From: Kiritimatiellia bacterium
GTDB lineage: Bacteria > Verrucomicrobiota > Kiritimatiellia > RFP12 > UBA1067
NCBI GenBank assembly: GCA_017450695.1
Contig: JAFSTA010000164.1
Coordinates: forward strand, 37,878-101,877
Direction of reading: 5' to 3'
Length of the DNA: 64,000 bases
Numbering within the stretch: the stretch's first letter is position 1; each line of letters begins with the position of its first letter. Both the position numbers and the translations under genes were made by a program. The notes under the pieces are model-generated. The model ran no database searches and was not told the origin of the DNA. It worked only from the letters and a program-made list of their open reading frames with translations. This document shows, in pieces, positions 9,544 through 19,245 of this stretch.

Positions 9544-12500
9544 TGTTCCATCCTGTTTCAAACAAGACTGATTTCCCCGCGATAGAACGCGATATGCTCG
9601 CGTTTTGGGAATCGGACCAGACCTTTGAGAAAACGCTCGCGAAAACGGCGGAGAAACCCGATTACGTGTTTTACGACGGTCCTCCGTTCGCGACCGGTTT
9701 GCCGCACTACGGTCATCTGCTGGCGGGGACGATCAAGGACATTGTGCCGCGTTACCAGACCATGCGCGGGTTCCATGTCGAGCGCCGTTTCGGGTGGGAC
9801 TGCCACGGGCTGCCGATCGAGGCGCTGGCGCAGGACGCGCTCGGCGTGAGCGGTGCCCCCGCGATCAAGGCACTTGGTGTGGACGTGTTCAACGAGAAGT
9901 GCCGTTCGATGGTCTCGACCTACGTCAACGAATGGAAGAAGACCGTCACGCGCATGGGGCGCTGGGTCGATTTTGATCATGGGTACAAGACGATGGATCG
10001 CGATTTCATGGAGTCCATCTGGTGGGTGTTCAAACAGCTCTGGGATCAGGGGCGCATCTATAAATCCTACCGCGTCGTGCCGTATTCCCCGAAGCTCAGC
10101 ACGCCTCTGGCGAATTCCGAGGCGAGCAGCAACTACAAGGATGTGCAGGACCCGACGATTACCGTCCGGGCGAAAGTCCTCTCCGGCGCGAAGGCGGAGT
10201 GGGGAACGACCTACCTGTTGATCTGGACGACCACACCGTGGACCATCCCGGAGAACCTCGCTATCTGCGCGGGCGCGGAGATCGACTACGTCGCGGCGAA
10301 GGACGTGTCGGATGGGGCCGTCTATATCTTGGCGGAAGCCCGGCTGGAGTCCGTTTTCCACAAGAAGTCAGAGTACGAGATTGTGGCGCGGATGAAGGGA
10401 AACGATCTCCTCGGCTGGACGTATGAACCGATCTTTCCGTTCTTCGCGGACTTTGCGAAGGACGGCTGTTTCCGCGTCTTGAATGACAACTATGTCAGCA
10501 CGGGCGACGGTACGGGACTCGTGCATATCGCGCCGGCCTACGGAGAGGACGACTTCCGCGTCTGCAAGGCGGCGGGTATTGAGGTCATCGCCGATCCTCT
10601 GGACGCCTCCTGCGCCTTTACCGAGAAAATCCCGGAGTACCAGGGACGTTTCTGCAAAGATTGCGACAAGGACATCATCCGCCGCCTGAAAGAGGGTGGC
10701 AAGCTGGTCCATCAGTCCACCATCGTCCACAGCTATCCGTTCTGCGAACGCACGGAAGCGCCGCTCATCTACCGCGCGATCAACGCGTGGTACGTGAGGG
10801 TGGAGGATATGCGCGACGCGATGGTCGCCAACAACGAAGGTGTCCACTGGATGCCCGACTACGTCGGTACGCGCCGTTTCGCGAACTGGCTGAAGGACGC
10901 CTGCGACTGGAATATCTCGCGGAACCGCTTCTGGGGTTCCTGCATCCCCGTGTGGATTGAGGAAAAGGACCCGACGGACTCGACTCCTCCCGAAATGATC
11001 TGCGTCGGTTCAATCGCGGAACTGGAAGCTCTTTCCGGCGAAACGGTCAATGACCTGCACAAGCATTTTGTCGATAAGGTCGTCATCCGCAAGGGCGGCA
11101 AGACCTTCCGCAGGACTCCCGAAGTGCTGGACTGCTGGTTTGAATCCGGCTCCATGCCCTACGCGCAGGATCATTACCCCTTCGCGCAGAAGTCTGGCGT
11201 GGACGGCACGCCCCCGCCGCCGCGCTGGGCGGATTTCATCGCCGAAGGCTTGGATCAGACTCGCGGCTGGTTCTTCTCGCTGATGCGCCTCTCCACCGCC
11301 CTGTTCGGAGTCTCCGCGTACAAGAACGTCGTCGTCAACGGCCTTGTCCTGGCGGAAGACGGAAAGAAGATGTCGAAGCGCCTGCACAACTATCCGGATC
11401 CGGTGAATGTGATTGAAGAGTACGGTGCGGATGCGGTGCGTCTCTACATGATCTATTCGCCGGTGGTGCGTGCGGAAGATCTGCGTTTCTCCGAGTCGGG
11501 TGTCAAGCAGGTGTTGCGCGAACTCTTGATCCCGTGGTGGAACGCCTACAGCTTCTTCGTCACATACGCGAATGTCGATGGTTTCTACGAGACAGAGGTG
11601 ACGCATCCCAACAGTGCGAACCTGCTCGACCGCTGGATCGTCAGTTCGATGGAGACGCTCGTACACGATGTCACGGAAGCGATGGACAATTACGACCTCC
11701 AGCGCGCGGTCCGCCCGTTCGTCGCGTTCATCGAGGCGTTGACCAACTGGTACATCCGCCGTTCTCGCCGTCGTTTCTGGAAGTCGCAGAACGACGCGGA
11801 CAAGACGGACGCCTACCGCACGTTGCGCTATGTGCTGGTGCAGCTGTGCAAGGTCGCGGCGCCCTTCACGCCGTTCATCAGCGAGGCGATCTATCGCAAT
11901 CTGCGCGGTGCTTCCGATCCCGAATCTGTGCATCTCTGCGATTTCCCGACCGCTGACGCTTCGGCGCGTGACGAAGAGCTGGAACGCAGCATGGCGCTGG
12001 TGCAGCAGATCGTCGGACTGGGGCGGCAGCTCCGCACGGAGAACGATTTGAAAGTTCGCCAGCCTCTTTCCGCCATCCACCTCGTCTCCGCGAAACTGGA
12101 CCTCGCGAAGGAACTGGGAGGTGCGTTTGAAGAACTTTTGCTGGACGAGCTCAACATCAAGTCCGCGACGTACGGTCGTGATGAGACGGCGTTGGCGGAC
12201 ATCACCGTCAAGGCGGACTTCCGCAAGCTCGGTCCCCGCTTCGGTGCGAAAATGAAGCTCGTCGCCGGTGCGATCGCGAATCTGGATACTACGCAGATCG
12301 TTACGCTGTTGAACGGCGGAACGGTGAAGTTGACGCTCTCCGACGGAAGTGATGCGGAGATCGGGGAAGGGGATGTCACCTTGCGCCGCGCACCGAAAAA
12401 CGGGCTGGTTGTCGCTTCGGCAGGAGATGTCGTCATTGCGGTGGAGACGGAGCTGACGCTTCCGCTCGTGCAGGAAGGATTGGCGCGTGAATTCGTGAGT

Positions 12501-12758
12501 CGCGTGCAGAACCTGCGCAAGGAGGCTGATTTCGATGTCGTGCAGCGGATCACCGTGACTGTCGATGGCGATGCGGAACTTCGCACGGCAGTCGAGAGCT
12601 TTGCCGACTACTGCAAAGGTGAGACTCTCGCGGACGAAATTCGCTTTGCGCCGCTTCCCGATATCGAGGAGGTCGTGTTGAACGGCCATTCCACAAAACT
12701 TTCAGTCGCGAAAGTGACCGCGACGCGTGAAGGTTGTCAGGAAGGCAATAGGCAGTAG
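9540..12758 (+). CDS. ileS: Isoleucine--tRNA ligase (type 2, eukaryote-like)
   Basis: FYDGPPFATGLPHYGH, GWDCHGLP, WTTTPWT, KMSKR; type 2 C-terminal domain. Confidence 0.95.
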   Translation: MMFHPVSNKTDFPAIERDMLAFWESDQTFEKTLAKTAEKPDYVFYDGPPFATGLPHYGHLLAGTIKDIVPRYQTMRGFHVERRFGWDCHGLPIEALAQDALGVSGAPAIKALGVDVFNEKCRSMVSTYVNEWKKTVTRMGRWVDFDHGYKTMDRDFMESIWWVFKQLWDQGRIYKSYRVVPYSPKLSTPLANSEASSNYKDVQDPTITVRAKVLSGAKAEWGTTYLLIWTTTPWTIPENLAICAGAEIDYVAAKDVSDGAVYILAEARLESVFHKKSEYEIVARMKGNDLLGWTYEPIFPFFADFAKDGCFRVLNDNYVSTGDGTGLVHIAPAYGEDDFRVCKAAGIEVIADPLDASCAFTEKIPEYQGRFCKDCDKDIIRRLKEGGKLVHQSTIVHSYPFCERTEAPLIYRAINAWYVRVEDMRDAMVANNEGVHWMPDYVGTRRFANWLKDACDWNISRNRFWGSCIPVWIEEKDPTDSTPPEMICVGSIAELEALSGETVNDLHKHFVDKVVIRKGGKTFRRTPEVLDCWFESGSMPYAQDHYPFAQKSGVDGTPPPPRWADFIAEGLDQTRGWFFSLMRLSTALFGVSAYKNVVVNGLVLAEDGKKMSKRLHNYPDPVNVIEEYGADAVRLYMIYSPVVRAEDLRFSESGVKQVLRELLIPWWNAYSFFVTYANVDGFYETEVTHPNSANLLDRWIVSSMETLVHDVTEAMDNYDLQRAVRPFVAFIEALTNWYIRRSRRRFWKSQNDADKTDAYRTLRYVLVQLCKVAAPFTPFISEAIYRNLRGASDPESVHLCDFPTADASARDEELERSMALVQQIVGLGRQLRTENDLKVRQPLSAIHLVSAKLDLAKELGGAFEELLLDELNIKSATYGRDETALADITVKADFRKLGPRFGAKMKLVAGAIANLDTTQIVTLLNGGTVKLTLSDGSDAEIGEGDVTLRRAPKNGLVVASAGDVVIAVETELTLPLVQEGLAREFVSRVQNLRKEADFDVVQRITVTVDGDAELRTAVESFADYCKGETLADEIRFAPLPDIEEVVLNGHSTKLSVAKVTATREGCQEGNRQ

Positions 12759-12833
12759 GATTCCATTGCGTTCTCTTCCATCCTGTACATTCCCGCGCAT
12801 AGCGAGGGCGGCGGACGAACCAAATAGTCAAGT

Positions 12834-12864
12834 CTAGAGGTTCTAGAAGTTCTAGCCATTCTGG
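12834..12864. repeat. Orphan CTAG 9-bp-phase array
   Basis: CTAG at 12834, 12843, 12852 and CTGG at 12861. Confidence 0.65.
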
Positions 12865-12941
12865 AAGGTGCGCAGGTGCTAACCTTGAATTGATAGATCC
12901 CCCCTTAATGCCAATTCTTGCTTTTGCTGGGCGGATTTTTT

Positions 12942-12950
12942 TGCTATAAT
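12942..12950 (+). promoter_or_regulatory. Extended -10 promoter of smc
   Basis: TGCTATAAT in an AT-rich context about 28 bp upstream of GTG 12978. Confidence 0.55.
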
Positions 12951-12977
12951 CAATTTTTCTTTTTTGCGAGGGTAAAC

Positions 12978-15900
12978 GTGTATCTTAAACAAGTAGAGAT
13001 AACAGGCTTCAAAAGTTTTGCGGACAAGACGCGGCTTCAGTTCAACCCCGGCATGGTTGCGATCGTCGGTCCGAACGGTTGCGGGAAGAGCAATGTCTCC
13101 GATGCCATCCGTTGGGTTTTGGGAGAACAACGCCCGACCCAGCTTCGTTGTGCGCACATGGCCGACGTGGTGTTCAATGGGACGGACAGCCGGAAACAGC
13201 TGGGCATGGCGGAGGTGAGCATCACGTTCGCCGAGTGTGAAAAGGCACTTGGAACGGAATTCAACGAGGTTACGATCACGCGCCGTGTCTTCCGTTCGGG
13301 AGAAGGTCAGTACTTCATCAACAAGACACCCTGCCGCTTGAAGGACGTGAACCGGCTATTTATGGGAACCGGCATCGGGACGACCTCTTACTCCGTCATG
13401 GCGCAGGGCCAGATCGATGCGATCCTTTCCTCCCGGCCGGAGGATCGTCGCGCCGTCTTCGAAGAGGCCGCCGGCATCACGAAATTCAAGGCCGACCGCA
13501 AGGAGGCGTTGCGTAAACTCGATCAGACTTCCGCCAACATGGTGCGTCTGGACGATATGCTCCGTGAGGTGAAACGCCAGATCGGTTCGATGCAACGTCA
13601 GGCGGGGAAGGCCCGTCGGTACAACGAACTGCATACGGAGCTGCGCGGGTTGGACATCTTCCTGACCAAGCGTCGGATCGCGGCGCTGGACGAGAGGCTG
13701 GCTCAGATTGACGAGTCTCTCAAATTGCTGGAAGGAGAGATTCAGGCGCATCAGGATTTCGTTGCGGATCAGGAGGCGGCTTCGTCGCGGATGCACGCGG
13801 AGATGCATGAGATTGAAGAGCAGATCAACCGCTTTACCGAACAGGCCGCGCAGGCGGACAATGCCTTCATCCGTGCGCAGGAGGTGATCAAGACCAACCG
13901 CGAGCGGATCGACGAGTACAAGGCGTGGGCGGAACGCGACAATTTGGAGATTTCCGCAACGCAGCACCAGATCGACCAGATGAAACTGCAGGTCGATTCG
14001 CTGGAGCAGAAACGCCTTCTGACCGTGAAGGCGATGGAGACGGAAAAGGTCCGCTTGGAAGAGGCGCAGGAAAAATTCGACAGTCACCGCGAGGAACTGG
14101 AGGCGACGAGATCCCAACTCCAGAAGGATCGTCAGCAGCAGGTCGTTTGCGAACGGCGTTGTTCCGACATCCAGCAGAAGCTCTCGGAGATGGATAGCCG
14201 TCAGCGCGAGATTCTGCTGAAGCGAGATCGCCTGACCGCCGAGCACACGCAGTTGAGTGAGACGCTTGCCGCCACGGAAAAGACACGCGACGAAATCGCC
14301 TCCCGTCTGGCCGGATACCGCGAGGGCGTGGAGCAATGCGAGGCGAGGTTCGAGACGTTGGAGGAGTCGCGCGCGCAAGCTTCCGACGAACTGCATCAGC
14401 TGCAGGAAGAGAACATGCGGATGCAGTCCGAAGCTGCCGCCACACGCGCCAAACTGGATTTGCTGAACGATTCCCAGGAGTCCGCCGACGATTATTCGGG
14501 CGGTTCCAAGCTGTTGCTGGACACCTCGAACCCGCTCTCGATCGAACCGGGCGAGGTGCTGGGGACGCTCGCCGAAAAAATCACTGCCGCGCCGGAGCTT
14601 CGTCTGGCGGTCGAGGCGAGTCTCCGCGCTTGGCTGGATGCCATTGTGGTGAAGGATGCCGCCACCGCACAGGCGCTTTTCGCGAAGTTGTTGGCGCATG
14701 GCGAACACTCCGCCGCGAAGTTCATTCTGGCAGTCGGCGCACCTGCCGCCCCATGCGGCGAGGCCCCTGTCGGACTTCCGCGTCTGCTGGATCGCGTGAC
14801 CGTCGAAGCCGACTTTACGGAGGCGGCTGAGCGGTTGATCGGGCGCGTGTACCTGGCGGATTCACAGGCATCGATTCCGCAAGGCTGGTTTGCGGAGGCA
14901 CGCGGATTTTCCGTCGTCACCCGCGAGGGTGTGATTTTCCATGCCGACGGGTGCGCGGAACTTTGGATGCCGGAGAACGCGGTTTCCAGCCCGCTCGCGC
15001 GGCGCATGTTGGTCTCGCAGACGAGCGGGAGGCTGGACGAGCTGCAACAGCGGATCGAACAGTCCAAACGGCGGCTGGAGGAGTTGAACGCGCGCGTCGC
15101 GGAACTCACGCTGGAGTTGCAGCAGACGCGCAGGGAACTGGACGAGGACCGCCGCAAGGCCGCGCAGACGGAAGGCGAGTTTCAGGCGATCGACCGCGAC
15201 GCCACACGTGTCCGTCAGCGTCTGCAAAGTGTCGAGCAGGAATTGGCCGCCGTCAAGGAATTGACCGCGAACGATGACGAAGAGCGTGTCGCCCTCACGA
15301 ACGAGTTCGACACCCTCTCCCGTCAGCGGATTGATCTGTTGAACGCGACGCAGGAGGCATCCGCTCGCCTGGAGGTGATGGAGAGCGTGTACAGCCAGTT
15401 GAGCCAGGAGCTGACGGAGGCGCGGATTCAGGTCTCCAGCCTGACCCAGCAGTTGACCTACACCGATTCCCAGCGGAACTCCGTGCAGGAGCATATCGAC
15501 GAATTGAACAAGACGATCGAGGGCCGCAACTCCGGTCTGCAGTCGTACCGCAACAGCATTGAAAAACTCCACCATGAGATTGAACAGTTGACCGGTACGC
15601 TCGAACCGCTCCAGCTTGCCTCGGAGGAACTGCACGGGAAAATCGACGCGACGCGCCAGACCCGTCTCGCGAAGCAAGGCGAGATCGACCGCGTGGATGC
15701 GTCGTTGCTGGAGCGCCGCAGAATGCTGGATATCTCGCGTGAGAACAAGTCCAAGGCGGAACTGGAGCATCAGGAATCCAGTATGCGCCGTCAGAACCTC
15801 TTCGACCATATCCTCAGCGAGTACGACCTCGACGAACATGCTTTCATCGCGGAAGCGGATCCTCCGTGGAAGGAGACGAAAGGGGTACCGCCCCCGGTCC

Positions 15901-16574
15901 CCGAAATCGAGCAACGGGTGCAGCAATTGCGTGCGGACATCCAGGCGCTTGGCCAGATCAACTTCGCGGCGATTGAAGACTACAAGGCATTGGAAGAACG
16001 CTATGCGTTTCTGAAGGCGCAAGAAGAGGACCTGACCAATGCGAAGACCGAAGTGCTGAATGTGATCCAGCAGATCAACACGCAGTCCTACGAGATGTTC
16101 AAAAAGACATTCGATCAGGCGAACGAGAACTTCCGCGCGATGTTCGGCAAACTCTTCAACGGTGGCGAGGCTCGTCTGGTCATGCTGGAAAATCAGGAAG
16201 ATCCGCTGGAGTGCGGCGTCGATATCATCGCGCGTCCGCCCGGCAAGCGTCCGCAGTCCGTCACGCTGCTTTCCGGCGGCGAGCGCACGATGACGGCGGT
16301 GAGCCTGCTCTTCGCCATCTTCATGATCAAGCCCGCCCCGTTCTGCATCCTCGACGAGTTGGACGCCGCGTTGGATGACAGCAACATCGGTCGTTTCGTG
16401 GATGCGTTGAAGGGGTTCCTGACGCACTCCCAGTTCCTGATCATCACCCACAACCAGCATACGATCGCGGGATCCGACATGGTCTATGGTGTGACGCAGC
16501 AGGAAAAGGGCGTCTCGAAAATCCTCTCGATCTCGCTGGCGGATATCGGAAAGAAGGGGGAAATCAAGGTATGA
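12978..16574 (+). CDS. smc: Chromosome segregation protein SMC
   Basis: GFKSF, Walker A GPNGCGKSN, coiled coils with hinge, LSGGE signature, ILDELDAALD, IITH. Confidence 0.95.
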   Translation: MYLKQVEITGFKSFADKTRLQFNPGMVAIVGPNGCGKSNVSDAIRWVLGEQRPTQLRCAHMADVVFNGTDSRKQLGMAEVSITFAECEKALGTEFNEVTITRRVFRSGEGQYFINKTPCRLKDVNRLFMGTGIGTTSYSVMAQGQIDAILSSRPEDRRAVFEEAAGITKFKADRKEALRKLDQTSANMVRLDDMLREVKRQIGSMQRQAGKARRYNELHTELRGLDIFLTKRRIAALDERLAQIDESLKLLEGEIQAHQDFVADQEAASSRMHAEMHEIEEQINRFTEQAAQADNAFIRAQEVIKTNRERIDEYKAWAERDNLEISATQHQIDQMKLQVDSLEQKRLLTVKAMETEKVRLEEAQEKFDSHREELEATRSQLQKDRQQQVVCERRCSDIQQKLSEMDSRQREILLKRDRLTAEHTQLSETLAATEKTRDEIASRLAGYREGVEQCEARFETLEESRAQASDELHQLQEENMRMQSEAAATRAKLDLLNDSQESADDYSGGSKLLLDTSNPLSIEPGEVLGTLAEKITAAPELRLAVEASLRAWLDAIVVKDAATAQALFAKLLAHGEHSAAKFILAVGAPAAPCGEAPVGLPRLLDRVTVEADFTEAAERLIGRVYLADSQASIPQGWFAEARGFSVVTREGVIFHADGCAELWMPENAVSSPLARRMLVSQTSGRLDELQQRIEQSKRRLEELNARVAELTLELQQTRRELDEDRRKAAQTEGEFQAIDRDATRVRQRLQSVEQELAAVKELTANDDEERVALTNEFDTLSRQRIDLLNATQEASARLEVMESVYSQLSQELTEARIQVSSLTQQLTYTDSQRNSVQEHIDELNKTIEGRNSGLQSYRNSIEKLHHEIEQLTGTLEPLQLASEELHGKIDATRQTRLAKQGEIDRVDASLLERRRMLDISRENKSKAELEHQESSMRRQNLFDHILSEYDLDEHAFIAEADPPWKETKGVPPPVPEIEQRVQQLRADIQALGQINFAAIEDYKALEERYAFLKAQEEDLTNAKTEVLNVIQQINTQSYEMFKKTFDQANENFRAMFGKLFNGGEARLVMLENQEDPLECGVDIIARPPGKRPQSVTLLSGGERTMTAVSLLFAIFMIKPAPFCILDELDAALDDSNIGRFVDALKGFLTHSQFLIITHNQHTIAGSDMVYGVTQQEKGVSKILSISLADIGKKGEIKV

Positions 16575-17221
16575 GCACACCGATTCGCGGAATCATTTTC
16601 GACTACGGCGGAGTCATTTCCCTGCCGCAGGTCAAGGACGAACTGTATCCCTTCCTCGAAAAGCGGTTCGGAATTTCGGAGAAGACCGTACTCGAAGGGT
16701 ATCGGAAGCACCGTTGGGCAGCAGACGCCGATCTGCTCAACATGGAACAGCTCTACCGCAAGATTCTGGAGGACAACGGCGTGACACGCTGCCTGATCCC
16801 CGCGCTCCTTTCCTATCTCGCCGACGCGGACTTCCGTAGCTGGGCGCACCGGAATCCAGAGACGCCCGAATGGATTCGCGAGCTGAAAGGGCAGGGGTAC
16901 AAGATCGGAATCCTGACGAATATGCCGACCTCGTTCCTGCCGTACTTCGATGCGGTGGCGCACGATGTCCGCGCGATGGCGGACGCGGAGGTTGTTTCGG
17001 GTATCCATCACCTCGTCAAGCCCGACCGCGAGATCTTCGACCTGATGTCCCGCACAATCGGCATCCCCGCGCACGAACTGCTCTTCTTTGATGACTTGGA
17101 ACGAAATGTCCAGGGCGCGGAGGAAGCTGGATTCCACGCCTCCCTCTTTACGGGCGTCGCCGCCGCCAGGCAGGTGTTGGCGGCAGGGTACGAACTGTTG
17201 GGAAAGGACTTGAACGCATGA
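16571..17221 (+). CDS. HAD family hydrolase/phosphatase
   Basis: IIFDYGGV, GILTN, KPDREIF, LFFDDLERNV..AEEAG. Confidence 0.85.
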   Translation: MSTPIRGIIFDYGGVISLPQVKDELYPFLEKRFGISEKTVLEGYRKHRWAADADLLNMEQLYRKILEDNGVTRCLIPALLSYLADADFRSWAHRNPETPEWIRELKGQGYKIGILTNMPTSFLPYFDAVAHDVRAMADAEVVSGIHHLVKPDREIFDLMSRTIGIPAHELLFFDDLERNVQGAEEAGFHASLFTGVAAARQVLAAGYELLGKDLNA

Positions 17222-18579
17222 ATTGGACTCGCCTCTCGTGTTTCGCCACGTTTTGTTTTGCTCTCTCCGTCCGCGCCGGGCAACCTCAGTTTTCCGGTCC
17301 CGAAAACTGGACGATGATCCAGACGAACGCCATCGCCGCCTGGCAGCAGTCTCAGGCCGCGCTTCCTGACTGCAAGGTCTGGAAGGGGGTTGTCGCCGAT
17401 GGGAAGAAGAAGGAGGTCCGCCTTCTCGCGGAGGCGGTCGGGCACAGCATCGGGATCACCACCGAATTCGCGATTGTCGGCCCGCTCAGCGACCGCGCCT
17501 ACGAGACGGCGACCGTCTCCGTCGCGATGCCGAGCGATGTGGCGCGCGCGATGGAGTCGCTCGGTCTCCCGCGCGGAAAGTGCAACGCCACCTCGCGCTT
17601 TCACTTCTGGCCGGTCGGCGAACATGTCGCGCTCAGCTACCGGCGGATTGAAGCGAAGGACGCGAAAAGTGAACCGATCGCCTCGCTTTTTGAGGACAAA
17701 GAAACTGAGAGCCCCATGCTGGGGAACGATGGTCTCGTCTTCACGGGCGGCAACTGGCTTGCCGGGGGTTGCCAAACCGACACGAACATGCCCTCTTCCA
17801 TCGTCTCGCTCTACAATGCCAGCGATACGATTTTCGATGTGCCGTCCCGCGTCAACCAGACCGATGTGTACGGTCGCCTGACGTTGGCGAAACGTCTGAG
17901 GCGTGGCGAACTGGTGGAGTTCACCTTCCGTCCGTTGCTGGCGAACGGGAAACTCCGTGTCCTGCCGCTCACCGTCTCGGTTCTTCCATCTGCGGAGGGA
18001 CTTGCCGCGCAGGTCACGGGGGATCGAACGGGAACGATCGGCGAAAAACTCTCCTTGCAGGATCTGATCCGCAACCTTCAGCGCGTGGTGAAGGAGGGGA
18101 TGGAGCCGTTTATCACGCTTGACTTCGCGCAGGATCTGACGGTGCAGCAGGCAACCGAAGTTGCCACCGTGTTCCAGATGCTGGACGGGAAGGGCGTGAA
18201 GATGATCGGCAAGGCTGCGAACGGCCTTTACTTCCAGGCCTTCCTGCCCGAATCCAAATGGCGGGAACGGAAGGATCGTGTTCCGCAGCCGTTTGAATTG
18301 CACTTGACGCGGACGGCGGACAGAACTCTGCGCAAGGTGCTGACTTTCATCGAGGAGGATTGGTCGGGAGAATCCCTGGACCCCGAACTGAAACCGCACG
18401 ACTACGAATTCAAGGAGTGGGACGAGCTTCTGCCTCTCGTTGTGAAAAGCGGGGGGAAGGACAACAAGGTCGAACTGCTTTTCGTCTTCGCGCCGAAAGA
18501 CCTGCCTTTGCGCGATCTTCTGCCCGGTGTCATCGCCGTTGATTCCCGCCTCCGTACCGTCTATGTATTTGGCGAGTGA
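17218..18579 (+). CDS. Secreted YdjY-like domain protein
   Basis: Signal peptide; EFAIVG..RAYET..PSDVARAMESLGL and LVFTGG..SIVSLYN resemble PVC YdjY-like proteins (recalled, not searched). Confidence 0.5.
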   Translation: MNWTRLSCFATFCFALSVRAGQPQFSGPENWTMIQTNAIAAWQQSQAALPDCKVWKGVVADGKKKEVRLLAEAVGHSIGITTEFAIVGPLSDRAYETATVSVAMPSDVARAMESLGLPRGKCNATSRFHFWPVGEHVALSYRRIEAKDAKSEPIASLFEDKETESPMLGNDGLVFTGGNWLAGGCQTDTNMPSSIVSLYNASDTIFDVPSRVNQTDVYGRLTLAKRLRRGELVEFTFRPLLANGKLRVLPLTVSVLPSAEGLAAQVTGDRTGTIGEKLSLQDLIRNLQRVVKEGMEPFITLDFAQDLTVQQATEVATVFQMLDGKGVKMIGKAANGLYFQAFLPESKWRERKDRVPQPFELHLTRTADRTLRKVLTFIEEDWSGESLDPELKPHDYEFKEWDELLPLVVKSGGKDNKVELLFVFAPKDLPLRDLLPGVIAVDSRLRTVYVFGE

Positions 18580-18630
18580 GGCGGCGTCATCCGCTTCGGT
18601 AAACGGACGGGGCAAGCCCCCGAACCCCGT

Positions 18631-19005
18631 TCAGCCTCCCGGCGGACGTTCCGTGTTCCACGCGCTCCCTTCCGCAGCGGCCGGCAGGTCGTCGTTTCGC
18701 GTTTGCTCTTCGAAAGCGGTGGACCAGTTGAAGCGGGACACAGCATAGTCGTGCGCTTCCGTTTCCGTTGAATCGACCCACAGCTCGCACTGGCGCATGA
18801 CCGTCTTCAATGCGTCCGCCGCTTCGTCCGGCGGATACTTGTACTTCTTCAAAAGCCGCTTCATGAGCATGCGCATGTTGGCCCTCGCGCTCTCGCGCTT
18901 GTCCCAATCCACCGTCCGGTTGCGGCGTAGCTGGTCGGTCAGCTCCTTCGTGAGCTGGATGAGTGTGTCGTCGGTGTAGAACTTGCGCACCGCCTCGGGC
19001 TTGCT
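18631..19005 (-). pseudogene. hsdR: 3' remnant of type I restriction subunit R (DUF3387-like C-terminus)
   Basis: SKPEAVRKFY..LTKELTDQLRRNRTVDWDKRESARANMRMLMKRLLKKYKYPP..VMRQCELWVD is the HsdR C-terminus. No nuclease or helicase portion upstream. Confidence 0.8.
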
Positions 19006-19017
19006 CCTGCCCAGTCT

Positions 19018-19042
19018 GCAAGGGCGAGGGCGCCCTTGCTAC
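19018..19042 (-). repeat. GTAG-type REP-like hairpin at the hsdS/hsdR junction
   Basis: Minus strand GTAGCAAGGGCG-CCCT-CGCCCTTGC; 9-bp stem 19018-19026/19031-19039. Confidence 0.6.
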
Positions 19043-19066
19043 ATCGACACTCTTCCACTCGCTCAT
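19043..19066 (-). pseudogene. hsdS: 5' remnant of type I specificity subunit S (about 8 codons)
   Basis: AGGGAGG RBS then MSEWKSV, a typical HsdS start in the expected position after hsdM. The sequence then breaks into the hairpin and the hsdR tail in another frame. Confidence 0.55.
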
Positions 19067-19088
19067 TCGTCGCCTCCCTTCTGCGAGG

Positions 19089-19218
19089 CTAGCTAAGCTA
19101 GAAGTTCTAGTTGCTCTAGAAGTGCTAGAAGCTCTAGAATAGCTAGAAAAGCTAGAACCGCTAGAAAAACCAGACCGGCTAGAAGCCCTAGAAAATCTAG
19201 CCACACTAGCCTTCATAG
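19089..19218. repeat. CTAG 9-bp-phase array downstream of the four-helix-bundle gene
   Basis: CTAG at 19089, 098, 107, 116, 125, 134, 143, 152, 161, 179, 188, 197, 206; CCAG at 19170 and ATAG at 19215; variable 5-nt spacers. Confidence 0.9.
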
Positions 19219-19245
19219 CCAGGCCCGCGTCTTTTTCTGCCGTTG

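Noticed and set aside
9540-12758. Type 2 ileS as an acquired mupirocin-resistance gene
   Set aside because: Embedded in a housekeeping operon with no mobility signs; type 2 IleRS is native in many PVC bacteria.
18587-19066. Intact hsdS or a novel 160-220 aa protein
   Set aside because: After MSEWKSV the frame is an out-of-frame read of the hsdR remnant with no TRD features.
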